From Mustelus asterias (taxonomy: Eukaryota): a stretch of DNA of 64,000 nucleotides. Location of the stretch: contig NC_135820.1 of the NCBI RefSeq assembly GCF_964213995.1, forward strand, positions 434,001 through 498,000, read 5' to 3'. Below the pieces are notes generated by a model. That model did not search any database, was not told the DNA's origin, and saw nothing but the letters and a program-made list of their open reading frames with translations. Each line of letters starts with the position of its first letter. Within the stretch, counting starts at the first letter, position 1. The position numbers and the translations under genes were made by a program. Shown piece by piece: positions 1-12,334 of this stretch.

Positions 1-261
1 TTGAACTGCGCATGCACAGTTCAGAGCTCCAATCGTTCCGGCAGCGCTAAGCCCCGCCCACAGCTCGGATTGGACTGGAGCCGGCAAAATGCGTATGGGC
101 GCGCTGGAAAGAGGATTCCGGGCTCGGATCTCTATTACGCCCGGATCCGGTCCTTAGACTCCAAATGGTAAAATAGGACCCTGAGTGAGTGTATCGCTTC
201 TCGCGATACATCGGAGCATCTTTCTAAAAGTGTCGTGCAGTAATTAATGTCTGATTTACAG

Positions 262-358
262 AGAGAAACTCCAGTAAATGGCCAGTAGGATCACTCACAG
301 CTGGGATCATGTTCAGTGTTTGTGTGGCTGGAATCTTAGTCTTCGTGTGTGTGAGAAA
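262..358 (+). CDS. Siglec-like gene A (upstream paralogue), transmembrane exon
   Basis: Acceptor tttacag|, donor AA|gtaagt; 97 nt encoding RNSSKWPVGSLTAGIMFSVCVAGILVFVCVR. Same length, phase and flanks as the exon at 50208-50304. Confidence 0.85.
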
Positions 359-689
359 GTAAGTGAGAAGGTTTAACTTGATGTTTTGCTAAAAATTTAC
401 TGCAATCTTCTTTCCTTAATCAGTGATTCTTTCCCTTGTGTTAAGCACCATCGGCCTCTCCGCCAGTGATCCCTTTGTCCCTTCTGATCCAGGGCGCGTC
501 TTTCATTGTCCTGGATCCAGGTGAACATTAATAAGTTGTTGTGATCTGGAAGGCGCTGCCTGAAAGGGCGGTGGAAGCAGATTCAATCGGAACTTTCAAA
601 AGGGGCAATTGGAGAAATATGTGAAGGTGAAAAGATTTGCAGAGCTTTGGGGGGCACCAAGCTGAAGTGGAGTGTGTCAGAAGGAATGT

Positions 690-3600
690 CTTGTTATTAT
701 AGTTATCGAATCTTTTGGGCTTATTTACTGTACAAGACACACGAGATCAATCACTTGCGGGGGATTGGATAAGCATGTTGTGCTATCCTTTATTAAGACT
801 AGGCATATGAGAACAGTAATACATAGAGGTTAAACTCAAAAACATCAGAGCTGTGTGTGTGTGCTGTGCTCAAAGTCCAAGTGAAACTAAGACTGGATCA
901 CATGACAAACAGTGACAAGAGTGACATATTTCAGTGATGTCATTCTGCTGCAAGTCATGAGCATAGTACAACTTCCCCTTTTCTTTTTAAAGATATTTTC
1001 TCCTTCCAAAGAACTTTAACCAATTACAATATACATTCAAGTTTGTTGACCATTACACAAGAGTATAGAATGGATAATCTACGAGTTTCTAATCTGTAAA
1101 GATGACCTGCCGGTATGCACAGATTTTGCAATAAGAACATAAGAAATAGGAGCAGGAGTAGGCCATCTAGCCCCTCGAGCCTGCCCCGCCATTCAATAAG
1201 ATCATGGCTGATCTGAAGTGAATCAGTTCCACTTACCCGCCTGCTCCCCATAACCCTTAATTCCCTTACCAATCAGGAATCTATCGATCCGTGACTTAAA
1301 CATATTCAACAAGGTAGTCTCCACCACTTCAGTGGGCAGAGAATTCCAGAGATTCACCACCCTCTGAGAGAAGAAGTTCCTCCTCAACTCTGTCCGAAAC
1401 TGACCCCCCTTTATTTTCAGGCTGTGCCCTCTAGTTCTAGTTTCCTTCCTAAGTGGAAAGAATCTCTCCACTTCTACCCTATCCAGCCCCTTCATTATCT
1501 TATCTGCCTCTAAAAGATCACCCCTCAGCCTTCTAAACTCCAACGAGTACAAACCTAATCTGCTCAATCTTTCCTCATAATCTACACCCCTCATCTCCGG
1601 TGTCAACCTGGTGAACCTTCTCTGCACTCCCTCCAAGGCCAATATATCCTTTCGCAAGTAAGGGGACCAAAACTGCACACAGTATTCCAGCTGCGGCCTC
1701 ACCAATGCCTTGTACAGATGCAGCAAGACTTCTCTTCTTTTATATTCTATCCCCCTCGCGATAAATGCCAACATCCCATTTGCCTTCTTGATCACCTGTT
1801 GCACCTGCAGACTGAGTTTTTGCGACTCATGCACAAGGACCCCCAGGTCCCTTTGCACAGTAGCATGTTGTAATTTTTTTCCATCTAAATAATAATCCAA
1901 TTTGCTATTATTTCTTCCAAAGTGAATAACCTCGCATTTGCCAACGTTATACTCCATCTGCCAGATCCTCGCCCACTCACTCAGCCTATTCAAATCTCTC
2001 TGCAGACCTTCCTCTTCCTCCACACAATTCACTTTCCCACTTATCTTCGTGTCGTCAGCAAACTTTGATACCCTACACTCAGTCCCCTCCTCCAGATCAT
2101 CTATGTAAATAGTAAACAGTTGAGGCCCCAGTACCGATCCCTGCGGCATGCCACTAGTCACCATCTGCCAACCAGAAAAGCACCCATTTATTCCAACTCT
2201 CTGCTTCCTGTTGGATAGTCAATCCCCAATCCACGCTAACACCCTACCCCCAACTCCGTGTGCCCCAATCTTCTGCAGCAACCTTTTGTGAGGCACCTTA
2301 TCGAATGCCTTTTGGAAATCCAAAAACACCACATCCACCGGTTCCCCTCTGTCAACCGCACTCGTCATATCTTCATAAAAATCCAACAAGTTCGTCAAAC
2401 TCGACTTTCCCCTCATGAATCCATGCTGCGTCTGCTTGATCGAACCATTCTTATCCAGATGGCCTGCTATTTCTTCTTTAATGATGGATTCCAGCATTTT
2501 CCCAACTACAGACGTTAAGCTAACCGGCCTGTAGTTACCCACCTTTTGTCTACTTCCTTTTTTAAACAGCGGCGTAACAGTAGCCATTTTCCAATCAGCT
2601 GGCACTACCCCAGAGTCCAGTGAATTTTGATAAATAACCACTAACGCATCCGCTATTACCTCTGACATTTCTTTCAGTACCCTGGGATGCATTCCATCCG
2701 GGCCCGGGGACTTGTCCACTTTCAGTCCCGTTAGTCTACCAAGCACTGCCTCTCTAGTAACAATAATTGTATTGAGTACCTCTCCTCCTACCAACACTCG
2801 ATCGTTAATATTCAGTAAACTATTTGTGTCTTCCATCGTGAAGACCGACAGAAAAAACCTATTTAAAGTCTCAGCCATTTCCTCGTTTTCCACTATTAAA
2901 TCCCCCCTCTCGTCCTCCAAGGGTCCAACATGCACTCTGGCCACTCTATTCCTTTTTATATATTTGTAAAAACTTTTACTATTATTTTTTATGTTTAGAG
3001 CTGGTTTAGTTTCATAATCTATCTTTCCTTTCTTTATCGCTTTCTGAGTCATTCTTTGTTGTTTTTTAAAGCTTTCCCAATCTTCTAAGTCTCCACTATT
3101 TTTGGCCACTCTGTACGCATCGGTCTTTAATTTAATACTCTCCTTTATTTCCTTCGTTATCCACGGCTGGTTATCCCTTTTCTTACAGTCCTTCTTCATC
3201 ACCGGAATATATTGTTGCTGAGTACTGAAAAAGATCTCCTTAAAAATCCTCCATTGTTCCTCAGCTGTCCTACCTACCAGTCTGCTCTCCCAGTCCACCC
3301 AAGCCAATTCAGCCCTCATCCTATCGTACTACCCTCTGTTCAAGCAGAGGACATTGGTTTGGGACCCTACTTTCTCCCCCTCCATCTGCACCAGAAATCC
3401 GACATATTGTGATCACTCGATCCTTGTCTGGAGGTTTCTTTAATCATGCACAGGATTGTCATTCTTTGATCTGCTTTCATTTAGGATCTCATCCTTGATG
3501 CAATTGGACCGTACAGTGTTTGAGGAGCTGGAATGGATCTGATTTGTCCTGGGTTATTATTCATTGTTGTGTTTGTGTGTGTGATGCCCACTTTGGACCT

Positions 3601-3860
3601 TGGTTCTGGATAAATCTTTGTCACTTTGATTGGTTGCTACAGGCCTTCTATGGGATCCTGGATGTGAACTTGTCCCAAGTGTGGACGTGGCAATTCTGTA
3701 CCCTCCTATTTATTGTGCACATTGGCCATCTTCCCTTGTGGCTGTAAAATTTGCTGTCTAATATCTGAGAGTAGAACGGCGAGGAGCAGGAAAATTGATA
3801 CGCATTTGTCTGCCAAGCATGAGCTCCGCCAGTGATGGATAATTGGAATTAAAGTTGTTA
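690..3860 (-). mobile_element. Decayed Gypsy-type LTR retrotransposon 3' remnant (LTR + PPT + 3' internal region), interrupted by a CR1
   Basis: ~850-1131 and 3420-3860 align by eye with 51940-52700 (aagactgg.tca.atga, ttcccctttt PPT complement, ttttgcaat|t.cttgt.tgg). That region adjoins a recognisable integrase in the paralogue. Confidence 0.55.
1132..3419 (-). mobile_element. 5'-truncated CR1 LINE (ORF2 RT, one internal stop)
   Basis: ORFs 2219-3319 and 1223-2164 with NYRPVSLTS, FLDFQKAFDKV, PQGSVLGP, KFADDTK; (TTCTTATG)n 3' tail. Empty site seen at ~52160-52180. Confidence 0.95.
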
Positions 3861-3861
3861 T

Positions 3862-5070
3862 CGAGTCATAGAGATTTACAGCATGGAAACAGACACTTTG
3901 GCCCAACTTGTCCATGCTGCCTAGTTTTTACCATTAATCTAGCCCCAATTGCCCGTGTTTGACCCATATCCCTCTGTACAAATCTTACCCATGTAACTGT
4001 CTAAATACGTTTTTAAAAGACAAAATTGTACCCACCTCTACTGCTATCTCTGACAGCTTGTTCCAGACACTCAGCACTCCCAATGTGAAAAAATTGCCCC
4101 TCTGGACGCTTTTGTATCTCTCCTCTCTCACCTTAAACCTATGCCCTCTAGTTTAAGACTCCCCTACCTTTGGGAAAAGACTATCTACCTCATTTAAGCC
4201 CCTTACTATGTTATAGACTTCTATAAACAGGTGTTGCTCTCAGACGGACCACTGCAATGTGTGGATCTTGGCCTGTTTACATGTGAGAAGGAGAGGTTTC
4301 ACTGTGCAAATAATTCCATCAGCTGGGCCCTTTGGATCTCGGGTAATGATCAATATTCCACTTCTCACACAGACGTAACGACCCAGCCTCTACAGCTCTC
4401 TGCGGCAAAGAATTCCACAGATTCACTCCCCTCTGAGAGAAGAAATTCCTCCTCATCTCTGCCTGAAATGAGGCAACCTCCTTACTCTGAGATTATCCCT
4501 CTGGTCCCAGACTCTCCCACGAGGGGAATCGCCCTCTCAGCATCTACTCTGTCAAACCTCCTGAGAATCCTCTACGTCTCAATAAGGTGGCCCCTCATTC
4601 TTCTAAACTCCAATGAAAACAGGGCCCACCACCTGAACCTCTGCATGCTGTTTATAGATTGCAGAGGTTGGGATTGTTCTCCTTGGGGAGGATAAGGCCA
4701 AGAGGAGATCTGAGAGGGGTGTTCAAAATCCTGAGTAGATAGGGAGAAACTGTTCCCACTCGTAAAAGGCGAATTCCACAGGGCACAGATTTAAAGCAAT
4801 TTACAAAAGAAGCAAATGTGATGTGAGAAAACTTTTTCACACAGCGAGTGGTTGGGTCTGGGACGCTCTGTCTGGAAGTGTGGTGGAGGCAGCTTCAATC
4901 GAGGCATTCAAGAGGGCATTGGATGATTATCAGAACAGAATCGATCTGCAGGGATACGGGGGAACAGGCAGGGGAATAGCACTAAGTCACAAGGTTGATT
5001 TGGAGAGTAAGTGCAGACATGGTGGGCTGAATGGCCTCCCTCTGCTCCTAAACAATTCTGTGATTCTGTT
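3862..5070. mobile_element. Cluster of short CR1 3' fragments in both orientations
   Basis: CR1 ORF2 C-terminal/3'UTR signatures, e.g. ORF 4823-5233 WDALSGSVVEAASIEAFKRALDDY. Confidence 0.7.
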
Positions 5071-5091
5071 TAAACATGATCGATTTTGGTT

Positions 5092-5385
5092 CGGCACAGT
5101 GGCACAGTGGTTAGCACTGCTGCCTCACAGCGCTCTGTCTGTGTGGAGTTTGCACGTTCTCCCCGTGTCTGCGTGGGTTTCCTCCGGGTGCTCCGGTTTC
5201 CTCCCACAGTCAAAGATGTGCAGGTTGGGTTGATTGGCTGTGCTAAATTTCCCCTTAGTGTCAGGGGGATTAGAAGGATAAGTATGTAGAGTTACGGGGA
5301 CAGGTTCTGGGTGGGATTGTTGTCGGTGCAGGTTTGATGGGCTGAATGGCTTCTGCACTGTAGAGATTCTATTCTATGATTCTAA
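5092..5385 (+). mobile_element. HE1-type V-SINE (tRNA-derived, elasmobranch)
   Basis: ggcacagtggttagcactgctgcctcacagc head; gtggagtttgcacgttctccccgtgtctgcgtgggtttcctccgg core; CR1-like (ATTCT)n tail. Confidence 0.85.
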
Positions 5386-5475
5386 TTTGGATCGTAGATC
5401 AGTTGCATCCCAAAGCAAACTGGGAAATATTGTGGATGTTGTGACAATCTCCCTTTGACCTTCCTTCTCCTGTAG

Positions 5476-5665
5476 TGCCTGGAATGAGAGTTGCTGTCAC
5501 CGCTTTCAAGCACTTACCCACAGACACACCGACAATCCTGACAATCTTCTCTACGCCAACATCAACCTCTTGAACCTGTCCAGCGATGACGGGACTGTGC
5601 ACATGAGCGAGGGCAGGAATACACACAGATCAGATTCCAGTGAAACTGAGTGTGAAACGGGGTGA
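5476..5665 (+). CDS. Siglec-like gene A terminal cytoplasmic exon (ITIM retained, distal motif frameshifted)
   Basis: Acceptor ccttctcctgtag|, phase 2 compatible with the TM exon. Encodes NAWNESCCHRFQALTHRHTDNPDNLLYANINLLNLSSDDGTVHMSEGRNTHRSDSSETECETG*; ITIM LLYANI at 5546-5563. Confidence 0.8.
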
Positions 5666-5769
5666 GAGGCTGTGGAGTGTGTGAAGCCAATAGGGTCGAA
5701 TAGTAACAAACAAAAATATGATGTTGCTCACCTTTTGTGTCAGTTGTGAGTGTGTTTTCTGAATGCTGC

Positions 5770-6612
5770 TGTGGTGATCGTGTGCCTTGAAGAAATATAT
5801 TTGTGTCATGTTTCTTGTGCAGGATTCGTTTTTAACAGTTGGTTCTATTTACCCGGTTCCACCTTGTCTGTAACCGGGAGTCACATGTTGATACTGCAGA
5901 AGCATAATTGATCCTAATTGCTTGAGTGTTTGTTTTAATCTGGGTTAAAGCAGGTTTGGTGATTTGAGTGATTTCCCCTGGGGTTTTTCAAAGTGGGGTT
6001 TGATGAGGTTGATTGACAGGAACATCATGTGACTGGGTGGGGCTCGGCTCACAGAGAGAAACACATTTGGTTGCTGCTAGGGATCTTTAGAGAGAAGTAG
6101 CTCCCTGTCTCTCTTTGGAGATTGGAGTCTAGGACTTGCCAAATAAAAAGGTCTCTTCCTCTGAAGTTGCTGTTTGAAGGTAGATCTTTCTCTGGAGGCT
6201 GTTGTACGGGAGTCAGAGGACAGATGTCTTTCTGTATCTCTGTCCAGACGTGTTAAAAGGCTGGAGGTCTTGCATCCACATGAGCCTATATGTTTTGTGC
6301 TAACTGATTCTGAAGAGGGATTTGTGTCTGTGGGGATATTGCTTAAATTGGAACTATAGAAATAGCTAGCAGTTAAGAATTATACCTTCTCATGTTTTAA
6401 GCATTTCAATTGGTGAATGTTATGTTAATTCTTTTTGTTATAAATTAACTGTTATTAAATAAAGTTTGTTTTAATAAAAGCTTCCGAGTGGGTCAATCGA
6501 ATCACACATTGAACGAAACACCTCATGCTCGCATTAATATCAAAATCACAAAAAGTTGGGGTCTTGGTTAACTTCATAATATACTTTGGAGTTTCTGATC
6601 TTGTCCCTAACA
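5770..6612 (+). mobile_element. Solo LTR (~843 bp) in the 3' region of gene A
   Basis: Starts TGT, ends ACA; 5-bp TSD gctgc/gttgc; AATAAA near 6458 and 6473; absent from the paralogous site at ~60860. Confidence 0.8.
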
Positions 6613-6852
6613 GTTGCACCTGTTTTTATTCTGTCCCAACTTGCAAGGAGCTGATGAATTCTCTATAATTTTACAGCTATTGATACAAGCGATTAAGATA
6701 CTCAGGTGGTTCTGTACATCTTTCAAATTAAATTTCATACTCTACAGAAGATTCTTATCTCCAAGGCAGCCTTTCCTGTTGTCCCAAGTCCTTCTGATTA
6801 TTGAAATCCCAGTGCCGTCACTTGTAATGGAAAATTCCCATGTAAACACATT

Positions 6853-7914
6853 GGGCAGAATTCTCCCAAATAAATTCTCAGTGTCAAATTTGTGTAAAAA
6901 CTGGAGTAAATCCTGTTGCTTTTTTCAGTTGAATTTTCATAATGAATTTCCCACACTCTGTGCCCAGTGGAGTGCACTAGCCTCAAACTTGTGAAAAATC
7001 AGTGGTCGGGGCCTATTCCCACTGGAGAGGCCGGCAGCAGAGCGCTGAGTGGGCCACTGCACATGCGCTGATCTGTCAGAGCGGAGATCGATGCCTGTGT
7101 AGTAACCCCATACTGCTGGCCTCCTGATCACTGGCCAGCCCCGTGACCCAGCAACGCTGCCCCACCGATCACCCCACGTCCCGATTGCTGGCCCCACCGG
7201 ACATGTCAGGCTCAGCCTGTGATGATCTCCTCCAACCCCCCCCGACCAACAGTCCCGATTTCCACCCCCCCCCCCCCCCCCCGCCCCCGCAACCTCCCTC
7301 ACCAGCAGTCTAGTCTCCCCCTCCCCAAACCCGATGGCCAGTCCCGAACGCTGGTCTCCCTCCCTCCGTCACTGCCAAGTGCAGAGTGCCAGCGGAACCC
7401 CCCACCCCCACCGCTCTCCATCCCCCCGAGGCCCTGCCCCCAATAGACCCCATACCATTTGGCCCTGCCCAATGCCTGGTGGGCAGTGCCAAGATGCCCC
7501 CTGGGCATTACCTCTTTGTCCTTTAGGCAGTGCCAGGGGACCAGGCTGGCACTGCCATGCTGGCAATGTCCGGGGGCACCCCCCTCACTCCCGACCTCCT
7601 GTGGGGCCTCAATTGTCCCCCCTTCGCTCCAGTGGGGTTGGGAAACGAGCTCACCGCAAGTAGGGAGCTGTTGTAAACCCCGGTGGGGGGATATACTCCT
7701 GGCCGGGTGGGGGTGGAAGAGGGGGGAGGGGTAGTCGAGCTGGAGATTTCAGTCCTGGGCCCGCTAATTAGATGCATATTCAAATTTAAATACATTTTTG
7801 GCGCGGAGCTGACGGTGCCAATAATCCGGCACCTGGAGACACGCGGAGGCCGTGGCGTCCAGCGGGGAGCCCGCGAAATGGCCTCCCCTTCAATCTCCCT
7901 GGGAGAATCGCCCC
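6853..7914. mobile_element. Non-autonomous DNA transposon (MITE, GGG..CCC ends, Harbinger-like)
   Basis: Ends gggcagaattctccc / gggagaatcgcccc; empty site in the paralogue at ~61090 (aaacat|gtcac); same family at 32462 and 61471. Confidence 0.75.
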
Positions 7915-8589
7915 GTCACATTGTAATTACATCCTCCTGCCAGTGGTGGTGATCTAACTTCACCATTTTGCCTCTCAGAGACTGGAGGAGACATTTCCCC
8001 TGGGTTTACAATATTGGTAACACACAGGGATGAACAAAGGTGGTGTTTTGTCCATGTGAAGAACGCTGTTCAGGGACAGCGGGACAGAGCAGTTTATTGG
8101 TTGCGTTTGCTATGTTGCTCAGACAGAATTCTGGTGAAAGATATTTTCCAACCCACTGCCCCGGTCTTGCCAAGAGGGAACAATAACTTTAGAACAGAGC
8201 CTGGGAGTACACAGGATCAGTCCCTGTGTCTGATTGGATAGATTCCAAGAAAACCAATGCTGGGTCTTAAACCTCATGATCTTGGAACAGGCGCAGAGCG
8301 GACACCTCAGATGATGTCAAAGATCCCACAGACACTATCTGGAAAAAGAGTGGGGGTGGAGGGGGGGAGGTGGGAGTGGGGGCAGAGGAGATCTACCCAG
8401 TGTTTCTAACATTAACTAACATTGACGGTGACACAAGGGAAGCCCTTTGTTGGCTGTGAAACACTTTGGGACGTCCTGATTTGCTGGAAGGAGTGAGAGA
8501 AATGTAAGATTGTCTTTCTGCAATGTGGTCGGGGTGTGGTGAGGGGAACTCTCCCCGTCCACTGCATGAAAACGGTGTTTATTCCCATG

Positions 8590-8700
8590 TCCTGAAGAAG
8601 AGTCACATTGGACTCAAAACCTTCACTCCATCTCTCTCTTTCTCCACACAGGCTGCCAGACCTGCTGAGGTTTTCCAGCACTTTCCGTTTTGATTCATGT
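8590..8700 (+). mobile_element. Penelope-like pLTR fragment with decayed hammerhead motif
   Basis: CTGAAGA-A-GAGTC-ACATTG-GACTC-AAAA (GAAA mutated) followed by gacctgctgaggttttccagc, as at 53271-53360. Confidence 0.55.
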
Positions 8701-9140
8701 TTCCTTTTGTTCAGATTCACTCCCAGCCTCCTGAATGGCTCCAATGTTTCTCACCCCCAATGTCTACCCCTCCCCTTCCCCCAAATATCAGGATCCAATC
8801 CCAGGTTTTCATCGCTCTCTGTGATCTAACTCAGTCCTGAAACCTCTCGATTCTCATCACTCCACCATTGGCAGCCGTGTCTTCAGCTACCTGGGGCCCT
8901 AAGCTCGGGAATTCCCTCCCTACACCACTCCACCTCTCTCGATCTCTCCCATTCACTCTCTCTTCTCCTTAACGATGTTCCTCAAAACACAACCTCTTTG
9001 GCTCAGAAGTCAAAATGCACAATCATTTGGCTGGAGATAGGAAATATCAAGGCAAGAAGTCATTGTTGTGGGCACAATAAGTCTCACAACACCAGGTTAA
9101 AGTCCAACAGGTTTATTTGGGAGCAAAAGCCACTAGCTTT

Positions 9141-12100
9141 TTTTGTTTGGATTTAATCTCAATTGTTTGGGTTTAAACCCAGTTGTTGTGGGTTTAATCT
9201 CAGTTGTTTGGATTTAATCTCAGTTGTTTGGGTTTAATCTCAGTTGTTTGGGTTTAATCTCAGTTGTTTGGATTTAATCTCAGTTGTTTGGATTTAATCT
9301 CAGTTGTTTGGGTTTAATCTCAGTTGTTTGGGTTTAATCTCAGTTGTTTGGGTTTAATCTCAGTTGTTTGGGTTTAATCTCAGTTGTTTGGATTTAATCT
9401 CAGTTGTTTGGGTTTAATCTCAGTTGTTTGGGTTTAATATCAGTTGTTTGGGTTTAATCTCAGTTGTTTGGGTTTAATCTCAGTTGTTTGGGTTTAATCT
9501 CAGTTGTTTGGATTTAATATCAGTTGTTTGGATTTAATATCAGTTGTTTGGATTTAATCTCAGTTGTTTGGGTTTAATATCAGTTGTTTGGGTTTAATCT
9601 CAGTTGTTTGGGTTTAATATCAGTTGTTTGGGTTTAATATCAGTTGTTCTGGGTTTAATCTCAGTTGTTTGGGTTTAATATCAGTTGTTTGGGTTTAATA
9701 TCAGTTGTTTGGGTTTAATCTCAGTTGTTTGGGTTTAATCTCAGTTGTTTGGGTTTAATCTCAGTTGTTTGGGTTTAATCTCAGTTGTTTGGATTTAATA
9801 TCAGTTGTTTGGATTTAATATCAGTTGTTTGGATTTAATCTCAGTTGTTTGGGTTTAATATCAGTTGTTTGGGTTTAATCTCAGTTGTTTGGGTTTAATA
9901 TCAGTTGTTTGGGTTTAATATCAGTTGTTCTGGGTTTAATCTCAGTTGTTTGGGTTTAATATCAGTTGTTTGGGTTTAATATCAGTTGTTCTGGGTTTAA
10001 TCTCAGTTGTTTGGGTTTAATATCAGTTGTTTAGGTTTAATCTCAGTTGTTTTGGGTTTAATCTCAGTTGTTTGGGTTTAATATCAGTTGTTTGGGTTTA
10101 ATATCAGTTGTTTGGGTTTAATATCAGTTGTTCTGGGTTTAATCTCAGTTGTTCTGGGTTTAATATCAGTTGTTCTGGGTTTAATCTCAGTTGTTCTGGG
10201 TTTAATATCAGTTGTTTGGGTTTAATCTCAGATGTTTGGGTTTAATCTCAGTTGTTTGGGTTTAATATCAGTTGTTTGGGTTTAATATCAGTTGTTTGGG
10301 TTTAATATCAGTTGTTTAGGTTTAATCTCAGTTGTTTTGGGTTTAATCTCAGTTGTTTGGGTTTAATATCAGTTGTTCTGGGTTTAATATCAGTTGTTTG
10401 GGTTTAATCTCAGTTGTTTGGGTTTAATCTCAGTTGTTTTGGGTTTAATCTCAGTTGTTTTGGGTTTAATCTCAGTTGTTTGGGTTTAATATCAGTTGTT
10501 TGGGTTTAATCTCAGTTGTTTTGGGTTTAATCTCAGTTGTTTTGGGTTTAATCTCAGTTGTTTGGGTTTAATATCAGTTGTTCTGGGTTTAATATCAGTT
10601 GTTTGGGTTTAATCTCAGTTGTTTTGGGTTTAATCTCAGTTGTTTGGGTTTAATATCAGTTGTTCTGGGTTTAATATCAGTTGTTTGGGTTTAATCTCAG
10701 TTGTTTGGGTTTAATATCAGTTGTTTGGGTTTAATATCAGTTGTTTGGATTTAATCTCAGTTGTTCTGGGTTTAATATCAGTTGTTTGGGTTTAATCTCA
10801 GTTGTTTGGGTTTAATCTCAGTTGTTTGGATTTAATATCAGTTGTTTGGATTTAATATCAGTTGTTTGGGTTTAATATCAGTTGTTTGGGTTTAATATCA
10901 GTTGTTTAGGTTTAATCTCAGTTGTTCTGGGTTTAATACCAGTTGTTTGGGTTTAATCTCAGTTGTTTGGGTTTAATCTCAGTTGTTTGGATTTAATATC
11001 AGTTGTTTGGATTTAATATCAGTTGTTTGGGTTTAATCTCAGTTGTTTGGGTTTAATCTCAGTTGTTTGGGTTTAATCTCAGTTGTTTGGGTTTAATCCC
11101 AGTTGTTGTGGATTTAATCTCAGTTGTTTGGGTTTAATCCCAGTTGTTGTGGATTTAATCTCAGTTGTTTGGGTTTAATATCAGTTGTTTGGGTTTAATC
11201 CCAGTTGTTGTGGATTTAATCTCAGTTTTTTGGGTTTAATCTCAGTTGTTTGGGTTTAATCTCAGTTGTTTGGATTTAATATCAGTTGTTTGGGTTTAAT
11301 CTCAGTTGTTTGGGTTTAATCTCAGTTGTTTGGGTTTAATCCCAGTTGTTGTGGATTTAATCTCAGTTGTTTGGGTTTAATCTCAGTTGTTTGGGTTTAA
11401 TCTCAGTTGTTTGGATTTAATATCAGTTGTTTGGGTTTAATCTCAGTTGTTTGGGTTTAATCTCAGTTGTTTGGGTTTAATCTCAGTTGTTTGAATTTAA
11501 TCTCAGTTGTTTGGATTTAATATCAGTTGTTTGGATTTAATATCAGTTGTTTGGGTTTAATCTCAATTGTTTGGGTTTAATCTCAGTTGTTTGGGTTTAA
11601 TATCAGTTGTTTGGGTTTAATCTCAGTTGTTTGGGTTTAATCCCAGTTGTTGTGGATTTAATCTCAGTTGTTTGGGTTTAATCCCAGTTGTTGTGGATTT
11701 AATCTCAGTTGTTTGGATTTAATATCAGTTGTTTGGATTTAATATCAGTTGTTTGGATTTAATCTCAGTTGTTTGGGTTTAATATCAGTTGTTTGGGTTT
11801 AATATCAGTTGTTTGGGTTTAATATCAGTTGTTCTGGGTTTAATCTCAGTTGTTTGGGTTTAATATCAGTTGTTTAGGTTTAATCTCAGTTGTTTTGGGT
11901 TTAATCTCAGTTGTTTGGGTTTAATATCAGTTGTTCTGGGTTTAATATCAGTTGTTTGGGTTTAATATCAGTTGTTTGGATTCAGTATCAGTTGTTTGGG
12001 TTTAATCTCAGTTGTTTGGGTTTAATCTCAGTTGTTTGGATTCAGTATCAGTTGTTTGGGTTTAATCTCAGTTGTTTGGGTTTAATCTCAGTTGTTTGGG

Positions 12101-12334
12101 TTTAATCTCAGTTGTTTGGGTTTAATCTCAGTTGTTTGGATTTAATATCAGTTGTTTGGATTTAATATCAGTTGTTTGGGTTTAATATCAGTTGTTTGGA
12201 TTCAGTATCAGTTGTTTGGGTTTAATCTCAGTTGTTTGGGTTTAATCTCAGTTGTTTGGGTTTAATCTCAGTTGTTTGGGTTTAATCTCAGTTGTTTGGA
12301 TTTAATATCAGTTGTTTGGATTTAATATCAGTTG
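9141..12334 (+). repeat. 20-bp tandem array (GGGTTTAATCTCAGTTGTTT)n, ~155-160 copies
   Basis: Directly visible, with variant units (ATAT/ATCT, GGAT/GGGT, 21-mers). Confidence 0.98.

Noticed and set aside
262-358. Paralogue A as an activating (DAP12-coupled) paired receptor
   Set aside because: No Lys or Arg within the TM segment, and it retains an ITIM.
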